Part shown: positions 53,802 through 64,000 of the stretch, piece after piece
How positions within the stretch are numbered: the stretch's first letter is position 1
How the letters are laid out: the number at the start of each line of letters is the position of its first letter
Origin: Mayamaea pseudoterrestris
Lineage: Eukaryota
Length of the DNA: 64,000 nt
Direction of reading: 5' to 3'
Assembly (NCBI GenBank): GCA_027923505.1
Contig: BROI01000005.1
Span: 930,001-994,000, forward strand
Made by a program: the position numbers and the translations under genes
Notes under the pieces: generated by a model
Seen by the model: the letters and a program-made list of their open reading frames with translations, nothing else
Told to the model about the DNA's origin: nothing
Databases searched by the model: none

Positions 53802-54854
53802 ATGGAGCTTCGTACAACAGAGAAAGAGGTCAATGAGACTCGATGTGTCTACAATTTGCTTCGAGAAAGACACTCCGATTGGAACTTTCCTCCGCTTGCA
53901 ATCGTCGAGTCATCGGTCACATCAACCGCACTCGATGGTGCTAGTGGCCGCGATATGGCAACTGTTCCCGACGATCCGAAATCAGTATTGAACGTTTTGA
54001 AAGGCTTACGGAATAAACTATCTATTATGGGGCCAAACATTTTAAAGTTCCAGGCGCGTAGCCACCTTATGGATCCAATCACTGGCGAACCTAGATATGG
54101 ACCAGCCACGCAAACTCGCGTCTTGAAGCTTTTACAGATGTACGACGATGTGAACAAGTGCTTGATCGCGGTCTTTGGAGAAGATGCCGACAGGTGTGGT
54201 TTGCCAGCAATAGAGCAAGTTCGTTTGCTTGCGCAGCAGCAGGAACAACACGAGCAATTAAGACTTCAACAAGAACAGCAGCAACGAGAACTTGAGCATT
54301 TCGCTAAGCAAGAAGAAAGGGAAAGACATTTACGGGAAGCGAGTCGAAAGCAGCGCGAGCGACAAGAGGCAGAGGAGCGACAGCGTCAGGAACGGGCCCG
54401 GCAATATGAGGAAGGCCGGCTCGTCGAGCAACGAGCAAGGGAAGCAACGGAGCAAGCGGATCGAGATTGGCTAGCAAGCATCACAAAAGGGCCCGACGGG
54501 GTACGAGAGCAATTCTGTATCCTACTTGAAGCTACCAAAGATGATCCTGTTGCGCAAAAAGTAGCAGTCAAATCGCTGCACACCATTTTTAAGCAAATCA
54601 CATCCAAACCAGAGGAGGTCAATTTTCGACGCATACGACGCGACCACGAAAGGTTTAACGAGGATGTTGGCCGGCATGCTGGTGGAAAGGAAATATTGGT
54701 TGCTGCTGGTTTTGAACTTGGTGCGATTGACGATGTATCAAGCTTCATTTCCAAGGAACCTGACATTGAGCGTGACATGAATGGTTGGTCCGGCTGGTTC
54801 GAGTTGCTCAAGGAAACCTTGCGAATTATCGAAGAGCAGTTGATGGATTCGTAG
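53802..54854 (+). CDS. PUB-domain protein with coiled coil
   Basis: Q/E/R-rich coiled coil, then LHTIFKQITSKPEEVNFRRIR...GGKEILVAAGF. Start may be 53955 instead. Confidence 0.8.
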   Translation: MELRTTEKEVNETRCVYNLLRERHSDWNFPPLAIVESSVTSTALDGASGRDMATVPDDPKSVLNVLKGLRNKLSIMGPNILKFQARSHLMDPITGEPRYGPATQTRVLKLLQMYDDVNKCLIAVFGEDADRCGLPAIEQVRLLAQQQEQHEQLRLQQEQQQRELEHFAKQEERERHLREASRKQRERQEAEERQRQERARQYEEGRLVEQRAREATEQADRDWLASITKGPDGVREQFCILLEATKDDPVAQKVAVKSLHTIFKQITSKPEEVNFRRIRRDHERFNEDVGRHAGGKEILVAAGFELGAIDDVSSFISKEPDIERDMNGWSGWFELLKETLRIIEEQLMDS

Positions 54855-55081
54855 ATTAAACTAGCTAGTGAAACAACTTATTGTAGCTGATTCTATACGT
54901 ATGTTGCTCGATGAACTTTTGTGTGCGTCGACATATACAACTAGACCAATCGATTGCAAACGCAAAGCCGTCGTTGCCTCCGCCACTAGTGAGCCGCACT
55001 CGTGAGCAGCGAATCATATACTGTTTTATCGTCGCCTTGGCATAGATACCGGAACTTTAATTCGCGCACGACATCATGAAA

Positions 55082-55246
55082 CATTCACTCGTCAAAATGG
55101 TCTATCCAGCATGACTGGCTTCTGCTGCATCTATGGTGCTTGTTAAATAAAGGGCTGCAACATTTACTCGCCAAAATGGTCTACGCTACCCATGTGGCAT
55201 GACTGGCTTCCGCTGCATCTATGGAGCTCGTTGAATAAAGAGCTGC
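55082..55246. repeat. Imperfect ~80-bp tandem duplication
   Basis: cattyactcgycaaaatggtcta...gcatgactggcttcygctgcatctatgg...aataaagrgctgc occurs twice (55082, 55161). Confidence 0.85.
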
Positions 55247-55649
55247 TTGCCTGTCTTTAGGCGTTCGAGTTATCAGGCGTCGACAATGCTACCCGTGCAA
55301 ACAAGAAGCCAGCAATGAAGGCCGTACCAATGCTGATTCATAAAAAAACGTCATTCTATAGTTCATGCGTCGAACCACGTAACCGCTTGTGTCGCAAAAC
55401 TCGGCGAATGACTTGAACTATTTGTCCACATGACATTACAACATCAGTCCTGTGCAACAAACAATTGTTGACAGTACGCACTCTCGTTTCCGTGTAGCCA
55501 CTCGTAAAGCATCGTCGAGTAAGTGTTTGCTTGTCGCGTGGCATAGAGGTCATTGCATCCGAGTGCAATTCGAAAGTAATTTTTCCTGCTGGGCGCGCCG
55601 TATTAACGTCCAGCGAGCCGTGTTCAAGTGGTAGCAGGCCATCTGTCGC

Positions 55650-56360
55650 TCACTCAAACGTTCATAATGCTGATTGTTTACCATAATTCAATAAAATCTT
55701 TGCGGCTATTCCATTATGCATCGGACGCACCGGTCTACCGGGTGCACGAAGCCAGCAAAGGCATCCGCTGCGATTATTCGTCGTAACATTTGCTAATCAC
55801 CAGCGCTCGCGCGTTCGAACCAATATGTAAGACACAATCACAGAGCTTTGCCGCTGATTTGGTGTATCTTAGCCAATATTGTAACGACGAGTGTTTAATG
55901 CAGGATTGCTAGTAACGATCATCAGAACCGCCGCCATAATTGTCGCAGGTGTCATACAAAGCGTGAATTTGCCGCCAGTCTCTTGATGATCAATTATTCG
56001 CTCCAGTGTACAAGACACTTGCGCAATCCCTCTCATTAACTTGAATGTTCCATCTGATATCCGGAATTGCTCGGGGCGACAAAAAGCTCCGTCCAAAGTC
56101 GTCAAATTGCTTGAGCAGGCCACACCTCGTCATCATGAGCTGTCGCATCCTCCTCGGCTTAAGTTGTCGCATTCTCGATAGCGACAGCAATTGCTTGAGC
56201 TGTCGCTTCCTGGTCGGCTTGAAGAGTCGTAACCTGGTTGAATCGAACGTTCGTATTGTCATCGGCACGAACAATAGCATTGTCATCGGTTCGAACGGTC
56301 GTAATGTCATCGGCTCGAACTATCGTATTGTCGACTTCTTGAAGCGAATTCTTGACAACT
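55650..56360 (-). pseudogene. Possible decayed gene with a 24-nt (8-aa) repeat region
   Basis: The minus frame reads VRADDITT-VRTDDNAI-VRADDNTN...AQAIAVAIENATT*AEED..., then protein-like text broken by several TAA/TGA stops. Confidence 0.4.
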
Positions 56361-56812
56361 GAGGTTTATTAAACTAGAGCATGCACACCATACTTGTCGA
56401 ATGAAGCAGGCGCAATATCTTCGGTTAAATGGTCGTAAATTTTTCAAAACGTTCTTCTAGCGAAACCGACGTCAACATGAATCTTCAACTCGAAAAGCAA
56501 CTGATGCAGATGAATGTCGTCGTCATCACCAGCCTTGTGATTCGAATGTGGTTCCAATTCAGTCGAAGACAAGACTCCTCCTTGGACAGGCTTACAAATT
56601 CGGTAGGCGATTGGCGCGTCACGGTTAAGTGCAGAGCATGACGGCCCCAGCCGATTGAGTAAATTGGTTTCATACTCAAACAATATCTGCGTACAATGTG
56701 TAAAATGTGTAAACTGTTGCGCTGAACCATAAATCGTGTGAGTTCTTGTGTTGCTCACTCATTGTTGATCGGGTTACGTCTGCATTCGTGCCTAAACAAA
56801 ACCACGCATCCA

Positions 56813-58825
56813 CTATGCAATGCCTAGTCGCTTTTTTTGTTCATTAATCATCGTCTGCTGCTGAATATGATTCATCATGTTGGTCGCTTGTTGAATGGCA
56901 TACTCGTTGGATGGATCAACCTGGACGGCATCGTACATAATTTTTCCGGCTAGCGGCAAATCTTTGGTGCAAAAGGATCGGGCCACCATAAGGTTGCTCT
57001 CTACGCGATTAAGACTCTTGTCCGTGTTTCGTGGGCCTCCAATCTTGCGTTTCTCTTCCAAAACATCAATGGCACTGTCAATGAGGTCGTTGGCTTCGTC
57101 ACAGCGGTTGAGATTGTAAAGAACCATGGCATAAACGAAAGTATTTGACGGCCCATCGACGTGCGGATTACCAATCGGTCGTAGTACCTGCTCAGCTTCA
57201 TCGTATCGCTTCTTTAACGAGAGTTCGTAACCGCAATTGTACATGGTATGGGAGCTTTTGGGATTGATTCTATAGGCCCGCATCCAAAGATTGAGAGAGT
57301 CGCTCCAAGCAAGGTTGCGCTCGTGCACATTGGCGGCAAAAAAGCCCATCTGCAGTAGGTACAACATGTAGCCCAACCAATATCTTGACTTTCCAGTGAC
57401 GGTCCTTTGTTCCTTTAAGGATACATTCACCATGTATTCGCAAAGAGACCTTATTAGCAATGCTTCGAGTACGCAAAAGCCCATGAGCGGACTGTACAAG
57501 ACGCGATCAGCTTTCATAAGTCCAACCACAACCAAAAGGTTGGAACTCAGCAAAAATGGACAAAATGTAAACGACCAAAAGCCAATCAATCCAACTTTTC
57601 GCGATTGCACTTGTTGTCTAGTTGCAGTAGAGGACGGCCCGATGCACAAAGACCAAGCAGCAGCCGCCACTAGCGCCCAAAGCAGCATGACGATAAAAAC
57701 GCGCTTGTCGCGTATACTTTCAATTAAAGGTATGCTCACTCCTGACCAATCGGGACTCAAGTGGATTGGCATTAGTATGTCCCAAATATATAAACAGTAG
57801 ACCCAGCTGACGCTGAATACTCGTGTAAATCTATCTTTCGCAAAGCCGGCTGGATTCTGGTCCGAGACAAAGTCGGGCGTGGTTTCGCCGTTGAGCCAGT
57901 AGCGGAGGGCGCAAACGCTGATTGTCTGTACTGCTAAAATTAGGGTGCGTTTGACAAATTGCATGGCTCGCGAATCTCCTCGTCGTAACGCCTTGCAGAG
58001 TTGTACAAAATCCGAGTGGTTGTGCACATAATCGTAAACGACCAAGGACATTAATGTCGTCGCCCCTTGTTCCTTACAAAAGAGTGAGAGTATCATGCAT
58101 ATCCACGGTATGACGTAAACGCCGAGAATGCGACTTGCTGTTGTAAATTGCTGCATTATGTTTGGTTGATGAACATGCTTGGCAAATGATATAAAGGCCG
58201 CCAGCGAGAAAAGCATCATTAACATTTCGCCTCGACTCGTCAAATTGCTCACAACTTCTGCGTGAACTGGATGCAGTCCAAACAATAAGCCGGTAATTAG
58301 TTGCGCGAGTAAGTCCGCTTGTGTGTTGCCATGAAACATGTAGGTGGTTGCATGCGTGACTAGTCCAGTGACAATTCCATGCAAGCCAGTGTTGACGATA
58401 TGGAAACCGTATGTGTGATGATCCGTTGCATTCGTCCCGAGCTGCTCGCTAACGATCCAGTTCAAACGAAATGTCGCTGTAGTGATGGGGCGAAAACTCT
58501 TGTGCGATTGAATGTCCGCCATTGGCGAGCCCCAATAGTCGCGCGTGAGTATCTAGTGAATCACAGTGTGATAACGCCGTGTGAGAACGAGAAAGGCTTG
58601 CCAAACAATAAACCGAATATAGATAATCACTACATCATTGTATAAACTTACTTCGTTAAAGGGTACGTTGCCATTGACAACAACATTGCTCTTGATGCTT
58701 CCATTATCGTCATAGACGAACCCTCCATGAAGCGCATCCTTGTCGTAATAGGCCACGACGGCGACGACTGCAGTCCACAACCATGGCTGTAGTAGAAAGA
58801 TTCGAAGCGACTTTGTAACTAACAT
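56813..58825 (-). CDS. TMTC: TMTC-type protein O-mannosyltransferase (GT-C, DUF1736, TPR), 2 exons: 58825-58652, 58552-56813
   Basis: FVYDD, DYWG...SHKSFRP, LHPVHAEVV, CKEQG, NPA, LSPDWS, ADRVLY, C-terminal TPR. Confidence 0.9.
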
Positions 58826-59077
58826 GTGTTTCTGGAAACCAGATGGATCTTATACAAGCGGTCGGTTGTTGGGGTGCATGAGATTGTAGTTGCATGGCAT
58901 GATGCATGCGCACCGCTGAGAAATCGTGTCACAACGGTTGTAACTTAAAACCGATGCGATGCCTACTAATTGCCTGGAGGATCCATGTAGCGCATGGTCA
59001 GATTCTCAACTCACACCCATCCGTTCCCTACCAAAGAGAATCTCACGAGGCCATGACACTTTAGCAACGGAGGAAAC

Positions 59078-60799
59078 ATGAGTAATTCACATCTTCCAGA
59101 TGCTTTTTCGGCGGCGTTAAATAAATCCTTCCTCTACCAGGAAGCGTCAACTGGAAATCCATCGACAACGAGTCTGACGGTGCGTCAACTTGTTCGCATA
59201 CTTTGTCCTGCGGTGCAGCTACCCCAGCATGTTACACCAGACACTAATCTACTGGAGATTATACAGTTTCAAGAAGAACAATCTACTGGTAGCGCTAATG
59301 ATGGTCTCTCCACAGTGCGTCAAGCACCATCGGTTTCCTACGCGTCGTCCTGGCAACCAGCACGACTTGTTCCCATTCTTCAGCAAGCTCTCGCGACTTG
59401 GTTTTATCAGGATACAGAATCTGGAGATGTCAGAGGACCAGTGTCCTGTCGGCAGTTAGTTGACTTGGATCCATTGTCTGTCAGGGTTTACTGTGCAGCG
59501 ACTGCGGCAACTGCCAAAGAGGATGATGCGAACGGATGGAAACTTATTGCCGACATTCCTAATCTTCTCTTGGCGCTGGAATGCTTTCGCATGCCTCTCG
59601 CTACAGAAACTACCAGGGCTGCTGATGAGGATGCTGCTGCTGCTCCCCCCCTAGACGCACATGTGCAGAATGAGCTCGAAGCCTTTCTCTTGAATGAATC
59701 CATCAAGGGAAACACTGACGACGGGAACAACCACGACGAAGCGTACGAGTCTGACGGAGGAACTCGCTATGTCAAGCATGAGCACACTGGGCGCTGGATA
59801 CATGAGAAACTGGCATCGTCGAGGTCGGCTGACGAGTCGAATACGATTATCAGCAGCAGCAATACGCAACCTGGCTTAATCAAGCCGTTGAAAAAGAGGA
59901 AAAAGACATTCTCTGCCAAGAATGCCCGCTGCTGGATTTATATGTCCGGCTTGCCGTTGGATACCACTTTGCCCGAACTGGAGAGATTTTGCGCCAAGGC
60001 TGGCTTATTAGATTTGGATCCAGAGACACAAAAGCCACGGATCAAATTATACAGAGACAAGGACACCGGTGTTGGCAAGGGTGATGCCTCGGTTTGCTAC
60101 GCCAGGCCAGAATCGGTTGATTTGGCATTGATGCTGTTAGATGATGTGCCGTTTCGACCAAATGTTGCAGGGACATTAGCTAACAAAAGTTTGATCATCT
60201 GCGTCGTCGCGCCATCACACGACCAAATTGTAGTTCGCGTAGAGCGCGCCAAGTTTCAGCAGCATGGACAAGTGTACGAAGCGAGCGAGCTCCCAAGTCG
60301 AGCCAAGCGAAAGGTGGCCAAATTGGCGACGCAACAGGCACTTGAATGGGACGAGGGTGAGATCAATGGACGATTGACGGGGGGACGAAAGGGACTATGC
60401 ATTGTTGTGTTGAAGCATGTATTCGAACCGTCGCGCGTTGATCCAGCGACGGAAGATGTTTATTTCGCCAAACTGGAGCAAGAATTGCGAACGGAATGTG
60501 AACAATTTGGTGACGTCCAAAAGATAACATTCTTCTCGAAGAATCCAGCGGGCGTTGTGATTGTTAAATATGCCCAGCCAGGAGCGGCCAGCGACGCCGT
60601 CAAACATTTTCAAGGTTTGCAAAGAAACGAGCATTTCAGTTATGCGGTGGAAGCAAGCTTTTGGGACGGGGTCACGGATTACACGATGCGCGATGAAGCA
60701 AAGGATGAGGCTGAATCTCTTCAGCGACAGGAAGAGTTTGGAAGATGGATTGAAAGTCAAAATCTTCCGCAGGAATTTCGTCTGCAAATAAACGAATGA
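59078..60799 (+). CDS. HTATSF1: HTATSF1/Cus2 U2 snRNP splicing factor with N-terminal GYF_2-like motif
   Basis: WFY...VRGP; IYMSGLPLD...KPRIKLYRD...KGDASVCYARPESVDLA; VERAKF; IVVLKHVF...ECEQFGDV...FWDGVTDY. Confidence 0.88.
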   Translation: MSNSHLPDAFSAALNKSFLYQEASTGNPSTTSLTVRQLVRILCPAVQLPQHVTPDTNLLEIIQFQEEQSTGSANDGLSTVRQAPSVSYASSWQPARLVPILQQALATWFYQDTESGDVRGPVSCRQLVDLDPLSVRVYCAATAATAKEDDANGWKLIADIPNLLLALECFRMPLATETTRAADEDAAAAPPLDAHVQNELEAFLLNESIKGNTDDGNNHDEAYESDGGTRYVKHEHTGRWIHEKLASSRSADESNTIISSSNTQPGLIKPLKKRKKTFSAKNARCWIYMSGLPLDTTLPELERFCAKAGLLDLDPETQKPRIKLYRDKDTGVGKGDASVCYARPESVDLALMLLDDVPFRPNVAGTLANKSLIICVVAPSHDQIVVRVERAKFQQHGQVYEASELPSRAKRKVAKLATQQALEWDEGEINGRLTGGRKGLCIVVLKHVFEPSRVDPATEDVYFAKLEQELRTECEQFGDVQKITFFSKNPAGVVIVKYAQPGAASDAVKHFQGLQRNEHFSYAVEASFWDGVTDYTMRDEAKDEAESLQRQEEFGRWIESQNLPQEFRLQINE

Positions 60800-60829
60800 A
60801 AATGTAGGTTGATTCAAGTAGATACTTTG

Positions 60830-61561
60830 TTAATGATATGCCTGCGTTAGCAAATGCTGATATATCTTTGCTGGAATTGCCATGCCGACCGCCGCTAGTA
60901 CCATTGATAGCCAGCTCAGCAGATGCAAAAGCTTCGGATGAGGGTCAACTGACCCATTGGCAATCAACAACTGCATCCAGTCACTCGTTGCACAAGGATG
61001 AAGAAAAAAGGAGGGCGTGCCAGTCACTGGATGCTGGTCCACTGACACAAAGTCCCATGGGTCTTCGACGCTGTTTTGGTGATGGGCTTGATGCAGGTGC
61101 GCGACTACTGCATCACGTGAGCATGGCGAACCGTCCAAGTATTGTACCGAAAAGTATAGAACAGGGACATGGAACGTATGACTGTAAATCACGCTAAAAT
61201 GCCATATTGTCTCCGCCACCTCTGACTCGTAATTTTTTTCAATCCAGACAGTCTCATCGACCATAACGGTTTCGTCATCGACGAACGTCATGCAATCATC
61301 ATCTGGAAGCATTGGAACTAAAGGAGAACCTTGAGCACGGACATGCATGCGTATCGTCATGGGAGTTTCATGAACCATATAGCTTCCTTGGGAGTCGCGT
61401 TGCCGCAGCTTCCAATCTAAGAGAGCATATTGTTGTTGGCTTTCACTATCGTGTCGAAACGCGTCAAGAATTTCAGTTAATTGTTCCGCGCTAGAATCAA
61501 AAACTGTTTGTGTCCATTTTCCGTCCACGCTTTGTCTCCCGGCTTGATTGTCATTCATCAT
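60830..61561 (-). CDS. ATG10: Autophagy E2-like enzyme ATG10
   Basis: IYSHTFHVPVLYF, DQHPVTGTPSFFLHPC (catalytic HPC), LLSWLS. Confidence 0.88.
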   Translation of the reverse strand: MMNDNQAGRQSVDGKWTQTVFDSSAEQLTEILDAFRHDSESQQQYALLDWKLRQRDSQGSYMVHETPMTIRMHVRAQGSPLVPMLPDDDCMTFVDDETVMVDETVWIEKNYESEVAETIWHFSVIYSHTFHVPVLYFSVQYLDGSPCSRDAVVAHLHQAHHQNSVEDPWDFVSVDQHPVTGTPSFFLHPCATSDWMQLLIANGSVDPHPKLLHLLSWLSMVLAAVGMAIPAKIYQHLLTQAYH

Positions 61562-63014
61562 TCATGCCTGCATTCGTATGCACATTGTGATGGTCAAAAT
61601 GATCATGGTAGTCCAAATACCGTAGCACCAACAAACATGCATGCGACGCGCGAGGCTCCGAGTTGCAGCGTATGTATATATAACCGGTAGGGTCATTGTG
61701 AGTGCCTATAAAACATCTGTAAGTGGAAAACGAACTCTCTCTATTATAGCCCTGATTATTGCCGAAATGTTTCTTGAAGTACCACTCACATAGTGGAGTA
61801 CTCCGTATACCGCTAGTATGATGTGTATCATATCATAACATTATGTATGACACGGATGATCTCTATCATACCGATTGACTACCTGTACGTAGTAGCATTA
61901 TTGTGCTAGAGTGGGATATATCCGGACATGCTTCACGACATTAATTACTGTAAGACTTTATGACGTTTCGTCTTGACAGTGAGCGCATGCGATGACCTCT
62001 CACAATGACCGTGTTAGCTATGTGGCTTCACTTCCGTAGTATGCTCTCAAATTGCCTTTGATTACCACGCAATTAGTGCAATATCCAGCCTCTCCTTTGG
62101 TCCATATAGACAAGAAATGTTGGCATCAACCATCAAATTGTTGCTGTGAGAGAGAGTGTCAACAATACTGTCTTTGTTTGACAGTGTTTGTGCGCGCGAA
62201 GCGCGCAAAATCTTTGCAGGCTTTGTGAAACCATTGATCCTACCACCTCCCCACCCCGCGAATGTGTTTGACCTCCACAAAAACAAATTGCTTGTAGGAG
62301 TAATAGTTTTAGATCGTAAGCAAATTTCGACAATATAGTATGGGAGCTGACTGGACAGAGATATTTATTTCACAAACCATTGTCAGTGACTGTTAGCTGC
62401 CTCCCTGCTCCATGTCGCTAGCAGTGTAATCACCGATCATATCAAAAAGCAGCTAGACCATCGACGCTGGAAATCGACTCTCATATCGACTGCGACGCAA
62501 GAAGTAGCATTGTCTCGCCCGATGAAGAGAAGCTAGCTTCGCCACAGCCGTGAGGGAAGTGTGCGTTTACATCAAGCTATGGTACGCCGCTGTTGCCATG
62601 CTACCTTCCTCAATTTCGTTGCCATTTCTAGAACGGTTGATTATGATAAGGCTGATGTGGTTATTATGACTACCCCTACCCCTTCACTTATGCACGGCCC
62701 GAAATTCGGAGTTTCCATAGTCGTTTCTACCGATGATGTCCTCTTGTGCCCGCGACTTTAGTGATGGAGCCTCGTTAGTTACTTCATGTGTCATGGTGTG
62801 CTTCCCGTGATGAAGTATCGAGAGATACATTGAGAGCATCAGGCAGGCTTGGGCTTCGTCGATGCCGCGCAACGCGCGACTGTGCAGCCCATGCTGTCGG
62901 GCACACGCAGCCGACGTTACCGTAAGCGAAAGACGACGTTGCACGAAAGTCAAAATATTTGGCTAAATCTAATTTACCTTATACCCTCAATAAACAATCT
63001 ACTAGTAGATGAAA

Positions 63015-63503
63015 TCACTTTCGACTCAATGAATCCTGCAGGAAGTTAATTCCTCGATTCCACGTCTTTCGGAGCGAAGTGCTAGAGCCTTCAAACTAAA
63101 CAAGTGGGGGTTAAGAGATGAAACGAATCTCGGAAATGAGAGATGTTGAAGACAGGTAAAACAATCGCAGTTTCGTATATGTATACAGTAGACGACACGC
63201 CACCCTCGCCAGCCGCCAGCCCAAGTGTCTCTCACTTACATTCTTCTCTTGTGTTTGTGCTCCGGCGGAAGGTCTCATTGATTCGTACTGCGCCTCGAGA
63301 GACTCTGTAGCAAAGCAAAATAAAGCACAAGAATTAGTTATATTCAGACAGTTGATAAGTCAAGAGGCTCATTATGTGTTCGCACCTCGTAACTTCCATT
63401 TCCACGAGAGCCGTTCTCGGTATGATAACTGCTGATGAACAAGAAGAAAGGACGTGCCAGCAAATGCAACGCCTACAAAGAGGGATGGCATGTGAATAGC
63501 CAT
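63015..63503 (-). CDS. Small membrane protein, possibly MICOS Mic12/MIC13(QIL1)-like, 3 exons: 63503-63386, 63304-63240, 63095-63015
   Basis: Spliced product MAIHMPSLFVGVAFAGTSFLLVHQQL...RE...EKN|FEGSSTSLRKTWNRGINFLQ; N-terminal helix plus a C-terminal K.WN.G motif; GT-AG introns keep the frame. Confidence 0.55.
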
Positions 63504-64000
63504 TGAATTACTGAACGATAGATGAATAGACAAGTTGTAAAGCTGGCGATGATCGACCAACGCGTCGTGGTCGAAGTCGAAATCGATGGAACGCGATTGC
63601 AACATCGTACCGGTATCAACATTCATTTTCAGTGCCGCTTTCTCACTGTCATTTTTATTGGCGCGCCAACTGCGGTATCTTGCGGCGGATGGTTTTTCTT
63701 TGATACTACGAATTCGAGAACAATTGACACGTCAACGGCTTTTCAATGACGCTCAAAGGAGTCTCAAGGCTTCGCCAACCAATCTCGTTGAGCGTCAAAA
63801 AACAGTTTCGCCGCCATCACCATGGCGGAGCATCGTCTTTAACTATATTTAACAACCATTACCTCGGTTTTTAGAGCGTAAGTAGAGCAATTAGAGCAAG
63901 ACGAATCCATCTGTGCTATTTGTTTTGACGCGGCGCATCAGGAATGCTCCCGATCAGTGCGTCATGATTCGTCGTCGCAGCATGCAGCTTGACGCCTCCG

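Noticed and set aside
27415..61561. ATG6 and ATG10 as an autophagy gene cluster
   Set aside because: They are over 30 kb apart with many unrelated genes between them, which is compatible with chance.
61600..63000. Short ORFs upstream of ATG10
   Set aside because: No recognisable motifs or consistent exon chain; treated as intergenic.

Overview
Eukaryotic, gene-dense nuclear DNA, very likely from a diatom (inference: short ~75-145 nt GT-AG introns, bipartite ASAF-type plastid presequences, a fucoxanthin-chlorophyll LHC gene, diatom-type HSF and bHLH genes). About 30 protein-coding genes are supported, including RPL10A, plastid ACP, LHC, PNO1, ATG6, RAD51D-like, OCRL/INPP5B, ECO1, HSF, bHLH, eEF1B, PAPST1, TMTC, HTATSF1 and ATG10. 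Several were rebuilt by hand from exons. The main mobile element is a full-length, young Ty1/copia LTR retrotransposon (29079-35940, 327-bp LTRs differing at 5 sites). It has several oddities: a ~560-aa unknown insert between the Gag zinc knuckle and the protease, a 38-nt TTA-flanked hairpin insert that splits the integrase frame, a palindrome where the tRNA primer site should be, pol reading into the 3' LTR, and a possible 6-bp TSD. A gene-poor block (~9.4-17 kb) holds a decayed Crypton-like tyrosine recombinase next to an intronless 1182-aa orphan ORF. Other notable items are a 1458-aa protein with three NUMOD1-like repeats plus PDZ, PHD and Tudor-like modules, a 4x42-bp TGACGT promoter array, a 12-nt microexon, an HSF pseudogene and strong enrichment of TACCGGTA in non-coding DNA. 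No rRNA, tRNA or CRISPR array was recognised. All family calls come from motif recognition by eye; no database search was run.
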